Shown here: positions 12,035 to 24,854 of the stretch, one piece after another | Position numbering within the stretch: position 1 is the stretch's first letter | Layout: every line of letters begins with the position of its first letter | Source: Octopus bimaculoides | Taxonomy: Eukaryota | Direction of reading: 5' to 3' | DNA: 64,000 nucleotides | NCBI RefSeq assembly: GCF_001194135.2 | Contig: NC_068981.1 | Coordinates: 37,460,125-37,524,124 of the forward strand | Translations under genes and position numbers: made by a program | Notes under the pieces: model-generated | What the model was told of the DNA's origin: nothing | What the model saw: only the letters and a program-made list of their open reading frames with translations | Database searches by the model: none

Positions 12035-12395
12035 TTCTGGGTTCAGTCTCACTGCGTGGCACCTTGGGCATGTGTCTTCTCCTATAGTCTCAAGCCGACC
12101 AAAGCCTTGTGAGTTGATTTGATAGATGGAAACTGAAAGAAGCCCGTTGTGTATATGTGTGTGTGTGTGTGTGTGTGCTTGTGTGTGTAGGTCTGTGTGT
12201 CTGTGTTTGTCCCCCCAACATCGCTTGACAACTGATGCTGTGTGTTTACGTCCCCATAACTTAGCAGTTCAGCAAAGGAGTCTGATAGAATCAGTACTAG
12301 GCTTACAAAGAATAAGTCCTGGGGTCGATTTGTTTGACTAAAGGCAGTGCTCCAGCATGGCCACAGTCAAATGACTGAAAAAATAAAAGAAAAAA
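12035..12395 (+). mobile_element. tRNA-derived SINE with internal (TG)n; family copies at 33990-34150(-), 40780-40880(+), 43940-44080(+), 44895-45240(-), 47690-47840(-), 60405-60820(+), 3' tail only at 18060-18180
   Basis: Shared gggttcagtc(c)cactg..gcaccttgggcaagtgtcttct..tatagc..ccgaccaaagccttgtgagt..ggaaactgaaagaagccc...gtgctccagcatggc..cagtcaaatgactgaa. Confidence 0.85.
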
Positions 12396-13913
12396 GGATA
12401 TATATATATATACGCATACGCATGTACATATTCATGTATGTATGTATGTGTATACATGACTTCAAGCTCTTCTATTTCTATTGGCATGTCTATAATTTCA
12501 AAATATGTAAGCATCTTTCAGGTACAAATAGATTATGTGCTGTCAACCACATATCACAGGCAGCTTTATTGAATATTTTCACTAAATTGGAGAATGTAGG
12601 ATGTTATCATTTATTTCACAAGGTTTATAACTTTAGTAGCTGTTTCATAGTATACCCAGTCATACACTTCTAATATAACTGGTGATCTTACCATTAAACA
12701 TTAAACCAGACTGCTTAGTCTCCACAAACTCTAACACATTCATGAATGAAGCTCTCTTGTTGCTTTCATAATTATCTCTATTAGTTTTGATTCACAATGA
12801 TTTCCTGTCTTGAACACAATAACTCCTGAATTTTTAATAGTTCCTGTACAGCTAATGTGTTGAGCATCAGAGGTTAAGCTAATTTAGTCAATAAATCTTT
12901 CTCTACCAAATGCCTTGCACATCTCTTTGACAGGCTTCTGTTGGAATGATGGCCTTTGTGCATTTCAAAGTAATTATTACTACCCATTTATTCCTGATTT
13001 TCACAGTTAGTTTCACAATGGAATTGGCTCACAAATGTCCCTGTCTTTTCCAAGTAAACTGTTCATTTAGAGACTTCCTTTCAAAATCCATTTTCCTCTC
13101 TGTTAAGTTATTAAGATAGGTCTAAAACTTCAGTTATTCTCCTACATCCTTGGAGTGGATATTTATTTACAATTTTTATTCTCATATTCTTCTTTTAAAT
13201 ATTGAAGACCTTCCTTGAGAGTTATAGTTAGTAATTCGTGAAATGGCACTAGAACCAATTTTCCAGCTCAGTTAACTGATGTAATGAAATGAGCAAAAGA
13301 AGAAAATTATGTGTAGTCTTTGGTCACAATATATTGCCTGTTGCTAGTTTTGAACTTTTGGTTTTAGAGCATTTATGCAAAAAATTTAGTACTTAATATG
13401 AGGAAACATTTCTGAAATATGGCTATCAACTGTGATGGCATAATGCATTCCCTCCATTTATGTTCAGAAAAATCACCTGTTAAACCTCAAAATTTTAATT
13501 TTAATTTTACCATGGGGAGTTGCTTTCTTCTTATTAAAGAGAGTAGTTCTGGCAAACTGATTTCATAACTTGGCTGCAATTTCATTTTGAAGCCATTTTA
13601 GTAAACTTACATTAGAAATGCCATAAAGAAAGCTATCATTTTCTTTTGCTATAAACTTGTTCCCATATCGTAAGTCATTATTCTAACCCTTTAGAAGGAT
13701 ATCGCAGTTCAGTGGAAAAGTCAAGTAGCCATTTTCAATTTCTAACCAGAAACATTTCATTTTATTTATCATTTATCTGTTCCAAGATCATAAAAATGGC
13801 CCTTTTTATTTCCAGTAAATTTCATATATTTGCATCTGCTTACAAAAACCACTATTATAATATCTTCAGCAACAAGATTCACGAAAGTAGCATTCTAGAA
13901 GGAACATTAAATA

Positions 13914-15044
13914 CTGGGTTGACCGAAAGGTCCATTCCGTTTCTGCCAAAACTAATCTGCAAGCACTATAATAAGTTGCAAACTTAAGTCTGTCCCTTGC
14001 ACATGCACACTCGTTACATGCTTGACACTGCAATGTAGTTTGACACAAACTTACAATGAGATAGGTTGTATTTTGTGTGCTTCAGATTACTCTGAAAATA
14101 GACAACTAAAATGAACGTTATTTACACCTCATGCTTTCTTATTTTAGAAAAGGCAAGAAACCAGTGGAGACCTGAAGGAAGATATGTGCTGTGCATGGAG
14201 AGGATGCTGTTATGGAAAATATGTACCGGAAGTGGTTTTCAAGATTTCAATTCAGAAATTTTTTAGTTCAAGATGTACCGTGCTCAGGATGGCTGAGATA
14301 AACAGCAATATCAACCCTTGTTATACAACGAGGATGATCTAGGTATTCCCCAAATATTCAAATTGAGTGTTGAAAATCATCTGCATCAACTGCATTACAT
14401 CAGCAGGCTTGCTGTTTGGGTCCCACATCAGCTGAATGAGGCTATCTTCACCCATTGGATTTCCATCTATGATTTCTTGTAGAAACAGGAAAGAAACAAT
14501 TCTTCTTTTTAAGATAATGATGACAGGGTACGAAAAGTGGGTCGTCTATAACAGGGTGAAGCACAAGCGATCAGAGAGAAGTGTGGTAAACCACCACAAA
14601 CAACCTTCAAAGCAGGACTTCACTTGAAAAAAAAAGGTATGCTTTCAATTTGGTGGGATTGGAAGGGTGTTATCTTTTACAAGTTTCTTCCCATGGACTT
14701 AAAGATGCAATAGGAGTTACTAGAGATTGACTGGGATGTTTTGGTGCTCCTTCCAAATTCATCCAACTTTGCACCTTCATATTTCCACTTGGTTTGGTCT
14801 TTTTAAAAGTCATTGGAAGAACATAACTTCATCTCAGAAGAGGATGTAAAAAAATGACATGAAAGAGTTTTTCACTAGTAGACAGGAAATTCTTTGAGCA
14901 GAAAATAATAGATCTACTCACATGGTGTCAGAAGATACTGGAACGAAATTATAATTATATCATTGATTGAATAAATTGCTTTGTGTTTAAAACTAGAATC
15001 TTCTTACCATTTAAAAAACTGAATGGACTTTTTAGTCAACACAA
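13914..15044 (+). mobile_element. Near-complete but inactive mariner element with both TIRs and TA target-site duplication
   Basis: Left TIR ctgggttgaccgaaaggtccattccgttt; right TIR reverse complement ttgtgttgactaaaaagtccattcagttt; TA at 13912-13 and 15045-46. The decayed transposase gives LHLMLSYFRKGKK..ICAVHGEDA..KWFSRF, WVPHQL, MTGYEKWVVYN, IWWDWKGV, and a degenerate YSPDLAP region. The second-D region appears deleted. Confidence 0.93.
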
Positions 15045-17273
15045 TATTACTGAGAAAGAACTTTGAATAGATGTTCAGTTTATGGATTTTAAAAGATTTT
15101 GAGGCATTTTGAATTTGTTGCTGCTACTGGCAAATTATTTGCAGAAAAAAATTAATTCTCAAAATAAGACCTTGGAGGTGAATGCTAGTGTTATAATTGT
15201 GAAAAAGTCAATTCAAAGTTTATGTGTTACTCTTTAGGTGATTGAATGACTCCATATCTTAGATGTAGTTAACGGAATTTAACTGCCTAGACTTTTCTAG
15301 TACTGATGAGATATGAGGTAATAAAAGAGATAGCCACTGTCATAACAAGCTTCAAAGAGGTTAGAGTAGGGAGAATTTGTGTTTCATAAACACTCATAAA
15401 TCTTTTTAATATTCAAGTAAAAGTTCTATTTGAAAGCATAATCGGTTAAGATAGCTATGTTAGCATATGTAAATGAATCCTTAAAGAACTGATAGAAGTA
15501 TGGTTCATTTGAGTCTTTTTGAATTAAATTGGAAGTTGGATAGGGTTTATATTTTAAAGATTTCAAAGTAAAAGAAAAATTTAAATAGTGAAATGTGTCA
15601 TCTGGCTTTGATCCCTTCTGTTATTTTCTTGATTGTCATAAAAATTTTGCAAATAGCACAGTCATGTTCAAACGGCCAGGCACTAGACTCTTTAGCCTGA
15701 AGGGACATCAATGAAGACTTCATTCAAATATATTATACCTAAGGAAGTCAGCTTGGCAGAGATAATGAAAGTAATGATTGTAATACTCCAGTATAGCCTC
15801 AGCCAATAAGCTAGAAATGGTGAAGTGAGAGAACACACCTCTTTAAATAATGTTTAACTCAATACTACAAACTAGTAAAACATTTATTAGTTTTATAGGA
15901 CAGCTGCTGCCAACACAAGTGGGACTCTTCAAACATTTTGCTATTTATTTAATGTCCATCCATTGGTAATCAATAAAGACCACATCTCTAATTACACTGC
16001 AATTCAACAAAAGATGTAGCTGCATGGGGTCCAGAGAATCATATCTGCTTCCAGCTACACTTCATTTTCCATATATTCTTGCAAGCGAGGGAACAACGTA
16101 CAGAAACAGTGGGGTTTCATTGTTGCAGGTATGTGTGATACCCCAGTTGTTGTAGGGAAAAATCCTTTTGTTACAAAAGTACTCTAACAGTCTTTTACAT
16201 TACTTTAACAAAAGGGGAAATACAAATTTGGGAGAAGAAAAAAAAAAAACACTGCTACTCCCACCTATGCTACATTGCAAGTGAAAATTCTCCAGAAGTG
16301 GTAGTATTTCATCGTCATAAATGTATGTAGTACCCTAACTGCTATAGCAAAGAAGTCTATTGTCTATTTGTAGTTCTTAGTTTAACCTGAAGTCATGACT
16401 TCTACAAGACCTAGCTTCAAATGGGAAGAACTTGCTCTACATCATCCACACTTTCTCATTTTCACTCATTTGGATCCAGTGCCAAGATATGGTTAGGACA
16501 GTTGAAGATGACACTAGATTCAAGAGTTGCTGGAGACTTGGCAGGGTTTATCAAGAAACCATCTGTGAGGTTTCACTCTGATATTTCAGTCATGGTTTTT
16601 CTCCCTAGCCTTCTGCTGTCATTAGCACTCAAATGACATTCAGACTATCTTATCATTAGTTCAACGTCTGTTGATAACAATCATTAACTGCAGTCATACT
16701 GACAATTTAGTAAGGGCCTCGATTTGAAGTTTTCCATCTTCTCTATTGGTCTTCTCTTAAGAATTGTGGGGCCTCTTGGTTTTACTTACTACATGCTTTG
16801 TTACCAACTGAAGTAGTTCTATATTTCTATGAGACTTGACCATAGACACAACAGAACTAGTGACAATGTATGAACAGCTAATTATTCAGCTGATAGTCCA
16901 AAATACTTGAGCAACTTATACATTTCTGTCAATCAATATCATTTCATCTCTGAAATAAATAAAGAGGTGAGTGCCTTTTCAAAATTGATATTTTGCTCAA
17001 CACAAAAAATGTTATTTAGAGTGGAGAGTGGGTGGAGATGAGGAATATGATGATATGGATGAAGATGAGATTCAACATGTTGATGGAGAGAGCAACAATG
17101 ATAATAATGTCTTAAAAAAGACAAGAGATATGATGTTGAAGACGAGAAGATGTTGATAAATATCTGGTTTTAATCTGAAGTGGCATAAGATGGTAATGAT
17201 GACCATTGTAATGACAATGATGAATATTCTGATTTAATCTGGACTATCTGAAAATGTTGTTAGCAAAATGATC

Positions 17274-17274
<1 letters not shown>

Positions 17275-17320
<46 letters not shown>

Positions 17321-17328
17321 TAGTAATA

Positions 17329-17380
<52 letters not shown>

Positions 17381-17545
17381 TAATAAAGTTCTTACTGTTG
17401 CTGCTGATAATGACGATGACACAGATGATGGTAGTGGTGAAGTCAGTGGTGGTGATAGTGATGATGGTGGTGGTGGTGGAGGTGGTGGTAGTGGTAGTGG
17501 TAGTGGTAGTGGTAGTGGTAATGATGATGATGTTGATGATGATAA
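17275..17545. repeat. Compound (AAT)n / (GGT)n / (GGTAGT)n / (GAT)n microsatellite
   Basis: Direct reading; it is the source of the spurious poly-N/G/S and poly-L ORFs. Confidence 0.95.
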
Positions 17546-18210
17546 AAAAGGTACAAGCATTGCTGTGTGGTTAAGAAGTTTGTTTTGCAGATACTTTTCT
17601 ATAGCATGTCAACATCTTAGGTTAGTGAGTAGAACTGGAAGGGGGAAACTATACAGAATCCTGTCACACACACAAAAGGAAATTCTTGAATCAAAGCTCA
17701 GAAAAAAACCCCAAATCCGAAGAGAACTCAGTAAAGAGTTATATGCATAACTGCAGAGCAGTTAGTTATATATATTTTTTATTGCTTTAGCAAAGAATGT
17801 TTGCACTTGCCAATTCCAACAGTTCTTCAGAAACAAAAAAAATCTGTAATCTCTGTGAACGAGTAAGTAGCATGTGTGTGTGTGTGTGTGTGTGTGTGCT
17901 CGTGCATGTGTGTGTGTGTGCATGTGTGCATATGTGCGTGTGTGTGTGTGTGTGTGCATGTGTGTGTGTTTGTGTGATATGCCTGTATGTGTTGCTTGTA
18001 TTGGTTTCTGTGCCATTTTGGAAATGATGGCCTTTGCATATATATATGTCACATAACTTATTGGTACATGACTTTAAAATCAGTACTGAGTTCAATATGA
18101 TCAACTAAAATAATTTCAGGCAGTGCTCCAGCATGGCTATAGTTCAATAGCTGAAGCAAGTAAAAGAAGAGAAAAGAATAAATGAATATATAATCAGCAG
18201 TCCCTCTTAC

Positions 18211-18258
18211 CTTCAATCTTCAAAGTTGTAATTATTGTATCTTCAAGACAGCACTCAC
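18211..18258 (-). CDS. Candidate 48-nt phase-1/1 internal exon (xECCLEDTIITTLKIEx), product unknown
   Basis: Minus strand acceptor cttagatttaaag|, donor GAAG|gtaaga, open frame, length divisible by 3. No homology recognised. Confidence 0.15.
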
Positions 18259-18574
18259 CTTTAAATCTAAGTAGTTATATCCGTTGGGTTCACTGTTCAA
18301 CCAAGTTGCTCAATCTGCTAGAAACTGCAGCCAAATCTCTCTCAAATCGCTCAACAATGTGCTTTTGAAAAATGGACCATACAGTCCTAGATATACTACA
18401 GATGAAAATAATTTGGCATGGCCAATGCTTGATTACTCTTAATCATAGGTTTGCTCAATCAGTGAAGATGTGAGGGCTGACTAGCAGCCATTGACGCATG
18501 TGGCTTCATTTGAGATCTTGCTACATTACACTGTATAGCTCCACACGACATTACTATACACTATACTACACACC

Positions 18575-18985
18575 TATGTTACACTGGGGAAGTTGTGGAA
18601 GAGGGTAACCCAAGAAGACATGGGATGAAGTACTGAAGGCCTATCTCAATCTGCTGAGCCTTATGAAGGAGATGACTGAGAAGCAAGATATGTGGTGCAT
18701 TGCTGTACTCAAGAAGACCCATCTACCACAACAGAATTGAGATCCTAAAACCAAGGTGTCATGTAAAAAACATTGACATGAGTAGTGGTGCCACATAAAA
18801 AGCATTGGTGCTAATGCCACTTAAAAAGCACACGGTACAGCCTGTAAAGTGGTTGGTGTTAGGAAGACATCAAGCTGTAGAAACTGTACCAAAATAGATT
18901 GGAATCTGGTGTGGTTACTGACCTTGCCTGCTCCTGTCAAACCGTCCAATCCATGCTAGCATGGAAAATGGACATTAAATGAAGA
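18575..18985 (+). mobile_element. RTE-clade LINE 3' end
   Basis: GSCGRG*PKKTWDEVLKAYLNLLSLMKEMTEKQDMWCIAVLKKT followed by taaaaagca repeats and the family 3' tail, ending in (GAA)/(GGT)/(GAT) repeats. Confidence 0.8.
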
Positions 18986-21125
18986 AGAAGAAGAAGAAGA
19001 AGGTGGTGATGGTGGTGGTGGTGGTAGTGGTGGTGGTAGTGGTGGTGTTTGTGGTGATGGTGATGGTGATGATGATGATGATGAACACTATATTACACTA
19101 TACTACACAGCACTATATTACATGTTCAAATTTTTTCAGCCATGGTCAAACTAAATTATTCAGAAGCAACAATCTAAAGAAGTTTAAATTGAATATCAAC
19201 CGCCTAAGCCTTACCAGCCTTGGAGAAACCAACTCAATCATGAATTCTGTCTCCTGCTTTGGCTAAATGAAAAATAAATCAAGCAATAGAATAACTCAAA
19301 CCTCGAGTTATTTACAACTATTTTCCAAGAAAATGTTTCTCGCCCAAGATAATCATCAAGATAATTGTTTCTGTCACAAGATGGTTATTACTGCTGCCAA
19401 CAGCTAACAGTTACTTCTGCATCAGATTTATAGTTATCATTCCTATTAATAATCTTTACTAAAACATAATAATTAAGAACTACCATACTTAGTAATTATT
19501 TCTCTGTGTATTTGGTAGTCAGTCCATGTAAGAATTACATCAAAGATAGGGTTCTGATATTGATTAATTCAAAGTTCTACAAACTAGTTTGGGGTGATGT
19601 TTTGTGAATTGCTGCTACTGTTTATATGTAACAAAGAAATAGGAAGAGGAAATTATTTCTAAGATGGACTTAAGGAAAAGGTAAACTTTTGAAGGTATAT
19701 GCCAAATCCTTTTTTTACTGTAAGACACAGACAAATGAAAGAAACCACAACATATTCACACCCGCTCTATCGTTTGATTGTAGCTATTCCATTCTTCACC
19801 CCTATCATCATCATCATCATCTTCAAGGTTATCCTCATTGTTGTCATAACTGTCATCATTGTCATCATCATTGCTGTTGTTGTTTCTATTTTGGCTTGAA
19901 TTAGTTCATTAAGGTCTGACTCAGTTCTTGTTTGCAGTTACTGTTCTACTAGACAGGTTATACAGCCAGGTCTCACTCTTCAATCTCATTTCTGGCTTGG
20001 ATTCTATGGATGGATTCCCTTCCTAACATCAACTGCTTTACAGATCAAACTGGGTGTATTTTATGTTAGCACCATCATTAGAGAGGTTGTTCTATATCTG
20101 GGACTCCTTTATTCATTGTGCTCTTCTATTTTTAGTAAGTTGATCAACCATAAAGATTATTACTGGAGTTATGTATTCCCTTCCTCTTTCTCTCCCTACC
20201 CTTCATCCTTCTCTCACATACATTCTCACATACATCAATATAAATAGTGAACCTGCAATCTAAGAGTCAGGCAGACAAACCTGAAGTAGATCTGGAGTAG
20301 AGTGGGTATGTCATTGGTGAGGTCACAAATGACCTCCAAAGGACTATGGCAAACGTAGCTGATTGTTGACCAAGTGATAATCAAAGAATCGATTAGTTAA
20401 TTGATTAGATGGTTAACCAATTGTACAATGTAAAAAAAATGTGAAACAAAATTAGTGTGTGCACTTATTATTGGTATAAAGTCCCTCCAGAGACAGAAGA
20501 AAATCAGTTTCACCAGTTCACATCAAGAATCTTGCAAACCAAACACAAAAACAAAAAAATTGCTTTAATGCTTTCTTCATATAAAGATACATTAAGTAAC
20601 TCACTGTAAAGATAATTATTTCCAAAACAATGATTATTTCCAAAACAACAATTATTCAAAAAACAATAAACTTGTAGCCTTTATCTAAAAAATGTATTTT
20701 TATGTTATAGTTGCTGGAGAGAACATTCAAGTTTAACAACAGGATTAACATTTTTACTAAGTTGTGTTTCATTCAGTGTTCATGTAGTTAGAAACATGTA
20801 AGCATGCACCTCCTTATATATAATTAATTCATATGTTCTGAGGCATGTTAAATAATATTCATCATTCCCTAATTGCTAATCTCATCTCCAGCTTCAGATG
20901 ATTTAATCTACATGTCCATACATACCTACATACATACATACATGTATGTGTATGTATGTATATATGTGTGTGTGTATATATATACATATGTATATACATA
21001 AATATATAGATATGTATATACATACATACATGCATATATATGTATGTATATATGTGTGTGTGTATATATATACATATGTATATACATAAATATATAGATA
21101 TGTATATACATNNNNNNNNNNNNNN

Positions 21126-21159
<34 letters not shown>

Positions 21160-21789
21160 GTATAGAGTATAGAGATAGATAGATAGATAGATACAGAGGA
21201 AGAAAGATTGATAGATATAAATATATAGATATATATTAAAAACAGAGTAAACAAGCAAAATATGTATCACTTTATAATATTTTATTTATAATTTAAACAT
21301 TGTGCAGAGTAGCAATAGTAAATGGGTAAAGTCTCTTACATCTGTTTCAAGAATAGCTAAGCTCGTGGATCTTATATTATTGATTAAAGATTTTCATGTC
21401 AGTTAGGTATTCCATCATCAGAGAGACAGAGAAATATGGAATATCCTTAATCTAGGATATTATTAGTTACCATTTCATTGAGAAATTAAGGTGTGTCCAA
21501 AGTAAAAGATGATAGTGGTTGGTAGATCCAGGATCAAAAGATTAAGAAGATCCATAATAAAAGACAGGGTCCCCATCATCATCATGATTATTTAACATTC
21601 TCCATGTTGGTACAGGTTGGACAGTTCAATAGAAACCAGCGAACCAGAGGACTGTGTCCAGTGTCTGCTTCTGCATGGTTTCTACAATTTGATGCCTTTC
21701 CTAACACCTACCATTTAACATAACGTACTGGGTGATATTTTTTTCATAGAGTCAGCCCTAGTGAGGTCACCAAGTAATTAACTTATAAG

Positions 21790-22830
21790 ACAGAACTTCT
21801 GGAAAGAGTTGGAGTGAAAGAGTGAGGATGTAAGGGAGGTGACTTTATGTTAAGTGTTGAGAGGCTAGAGTATAAAAGAGGAACTGAAACAAGAGTTTTG
21901 CAGTTGAAGAGATAACGCAACTAACCAAGCTGAAAAGGGAGAAAAGGTGGTGCAGATAAGGTATCAAGATGTGTCCTCAAAGTACAAGTAAGTGGCTAGA
22001 GAGAGAGAGAGAGAGAGAGACTAGGGACAAAGAATTGAGAATGGGAGAATGGGTACGAGAGTATGATAAAAAGAGTGACGTGTGGTCAGAGATGGAGATT
22101 AAGATCATTGTAGTGAATGGTGAACAAGATATGAGCATGGTCAATAGTAAATCACAGTTTGGCTGGGAACATAAAGGTTGGAGCAGTTAGGGAGCAGGAA
22201 GTGATAGGTGGCAGTACATAAAAGGGGGAAGAGGGGAGTATAATGAAACCATAGCTAGAGGAGAAATAAGTGAATGATGTTCTAGTGTGGGAAGAAAGAG
22301 AGATGCACAGTGATAGAGACAGACATGGAGATCAGAGGTATGAAGAAAACATGGGGTAGATATAATGAAGGCAGCGAGCTGGCAGAAATGTTAGCATGCT
22401 GGGTGAAATGCTTCACGGTATTTTGTCTGCCGTTACGTTCTGACTTCAAATTCCACCGAGGTCGACTTTACCTTTCATCCTTTTGGGGTTGATGAAAATT
22501 AAGTGCCAGTTATGCACTGGGGTCGATGTAATCGACTTAATCCGTTTGTCTGTCCTTGTTTGTTCCCTCTATGTTTAGCCCCATGTGGGCAATAAAGAAA
22601 TAAGATATAATGAATAGCAAGCAAAAGTAGTGGTTAGGTCATCGATAGCAGATGTTGGAGTGTGTTCAGAAGAAATGGACATTCAGTAGAAACTGAAGTT
22701 GTGAGAGATGATATTGAGAATGTGGAATGTATCACTAGGGAGAGGATTCCAAAACGTAGATAACTAGTTGCACAAAAGGAGGAAGAAATATGTGTGCTTA
22801 TATAATTACATCAGCAGAGGAAATAACATC
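21790..22830 (-). mobile_element. Probable decayed LINE 3' end / pyrimidine-rich UTR, interrupted by a SINE
   Basis: Minus strand near 22750 gives STFWNPLPSD, resembling the terminal WNxLP motif of CR1/L2/Jockey-type ORF2. It is followed by a long C/T-rich tract. Confidence 0.35.
22370..22602 (+). mobile_element. Well-preserved SINE with a 12-bp target-site duplication
   Basis: Begins ggcagcgagctggcagaaatgttagc with a B-box-like ttcaaattcc. Flanked by the direct repeat agatataatgaa at 22358-22369 and 22603-22614. Confidence 0.9.
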
Positions 22831-23035
22831 ATAGTNNNNNNNNNNNNNNNNNNNNNNNNNNNNNNNNNNNNNNNNNNNNNNNNNNNNNNNNNNNNNNNNN
22901 NNNNNNNNNNNNNNNNNNNNNNNNNNNNNNNNNNNNNNNNNNNNNNNNNNNNNNNNNNNNNNNNNNNNNNNNNNNNNNNNNNNNNNNNNNNNNNNGCATA
23001 GACATAAATTATATGCTTTTAGAATCTCATTTTTG

Positions 23036-23078
<43 letters not shown>

Positions 23079-23759
23079 ACTTATCATCTTGCATATCATA
23101 ATTATCATGTATGTTATTCATATTTATCATCATTCACCATTCTTCCCTTGCTCATCATTCATTATATTCATCATCTCACTCTTACTTCACCTCTACCCAT
23201 TCTCTCACCCTATTTTCTCTTGTAGTCTCTACCCAGTCACTCTTCTAGTTCTTTGGTCTCTGCTCACTTCTGTTCACTTTCTTGAATCTTGAGAGCTCAC
23301 CCTGACACCTTGTCATAATCATCATTATCTCTCTTTAGAGCTTCACCCTGATTATTGCCACCCACTCTTCTATAATGTGAATAACAATGTATCTCCTCTA
23401 CAGCACCTCCTTTCATACTTTAACCTTTCATTACTTAGCATAGAGCTGCCTTCCTCTCAACTTTAGTCCACTCACTCAAAGAGGATCTTATTCTAGCAAG
23501 CTACATGAAACCTTATTAGTGCTGGTACCACAAAAATGTACCCAGTACACTTTGTAATGAACTTTAGGAAGCTATATCAAAGAAGACATTGGAACACGGT
23601 GCAGTCTGCCAACTCATTGAATCCTGTCAGACCATGAAATCTATGCTAGCATGGAAGACAAACATTAAAACATTTCAATGGTTCTGACAATACATACATG
23701 CACACATATACACACACACACACACGTACACACACACACACACACACACATATATAATC

Positions 23760-24080
23760 AAGGTGCATGGCTTAGTGGTTAGGGCATGTGGCTCATGATT
23801 GTAAGGACGTGAGTTCAATTCCTGGCAACGTGTTGTGTCCTTGAGCAAGACACTTTATTTCACGCTGCTCCAGTCCACTCAGCTGGCAAAAATGTATAGC
23901 ACCTGTATTTCAAAGGGCCAGCCTTGTCACACTCTGTGGCATGCTGAATCTCCCTGAGAACTGCATTAAGGGTACGCATGTCTGTGGAGTGTTCAGCCAC
24001 TTGCATGTTAATTTCATGAACAAGCTGTTCCGTTGATTATATCAGCTGGAACCCTTATTGTTGTAACTGACAGAGTGCTC
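23760..24080 (+). mobile_element. tRNA-derived SINE (head type 1 + core + tail type 1)
   Basis: A box tggcttagtgg, B box gttcaattcc, core gtgtccttgagcaagacactttatttcac..ctccagtccactcagctg, then tail cctgtatttcaaagggccagccttgtcacactct... Confidence 0.85.
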
Positions 24081-24084
24081 CTTA

Positions 24085-24320
24085 GTGGAGGCACAATGGC
24101 CCAGTGGTTAGAGCAGCAGACTTGCTGTTGTAAGATTGCAGTTTCAATTCCCAGACCAAGCATTGTGAGTGTTTATTGAGCAAAAACAACTAAAGCTCCA
24201 CAAAGCTCTAGCAGGAGGTGGTGGTGAACCCTGCTGTACTCTTTCACCACAATGTTCTCTCACTCTTTCTTCTTCTTTCTGTTGTACCTGTATTTTGAAG
24301 AGCCAGCCTTATCACACTCT
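24085..24320 (+). mobile_element. tRNA-derived SINE (head type 2, 3'-truncated tail type 1)
   Basis: A box tggcccagtgg, B box gtttcaattcc, different middle region, then cctgtattttgaagagccagccttatcacactctg matching the tail of the preceding SINE. Confidence 0.85.
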
Positions 24321-24447
24321 GAATACCAGCCTTCTCTCTTCATGCCACAGATGTTATCCAAGGGAAAGGCAAAGGCTGATACAGCTTGGCACCAGTGATG
24401 TGGCAACTCATTTCTGCATCTGAGTGAACTGGAGCAATGTGAAATAA
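24320..24447 (-). mobile_element. SINE body (core + tail type 2), head lost in the gap
   Basis: tatccaagggaaaggcaaaggc..atacagcttggcaccagtgatgt.gcaactcattt is nearly the same as 32578-32670. Confidence 0.8.
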
Positions 24448-24811
24448 NNNNNNNNNNNNNNNNNNNNNNNNNNNNNNNNNNNNNNNNNNNNNNNNNNNNN
24501 NNNNNNNNNNNNNNNNNNNNNNNNNNNNNNNNNNNNNNNNNNNNNNNNNNNNNNNNNNNNNNNNNNNNNNNNNNNNNNNNNNNNNNNNNNNNNNNNNNNN
24601 NNNNNNNNNNNNNNNNNNNNNNNNNNNNNNNNNNNNNNNNNNNNNNNNNNNNNNNNNNNNNNNNNNNNNNNNNNNNNNNNNNNNNNNNNNNNNNNNNNNN
24701 NNNNNNNNNNNNNNNNNNNNNNNNNNNNNNNNNNNNNNNNNNNNNNNNNNNNNNNNNNNNNNNNNNNNNNNNNNNNNNNNNNNNNNNNNNNNNNNNNNNN
24801 NNNNNNNNNNN

Positions 24812-24854
<43 letters not shown>

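Noticed and set aside
13671-13695. gtaagt...ctaac...ttag mini-intron-like motif
   Set aside because: Only 25 nt, too short for a spliceosomal intron, and the flanking frames are not convincing.
16485-16580. VEDDTRFKSCWRLGRVYQE resembling a BEL/Pao integrase C-terminal motif
   Set aside because: Too short, with no other LTR-retrotransposon motif nearby.
17234-17750. Long poly-N/D/G/S and poly-L/P ORFs (also 9504-9831, 33877-34439, 37308-37648, 48522-48880 etc.)
   Set aside because: Translations of microsatellites or N gaps; no coding evidence.
20945-21111. About 88-bp tandem duplication of mixed TA/TG sequence
   Set aside because: Low complexity and adjacent to a gap; artefact or trivial slippage.
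23760-24160. tRNA-like sequences with A/B boxes (also 32700-32774)
   Set aside because: They are SINE heads continuing into SINE bodies and lack an intact cloverleaf/acceptor stem, so they are not tRNA genes.
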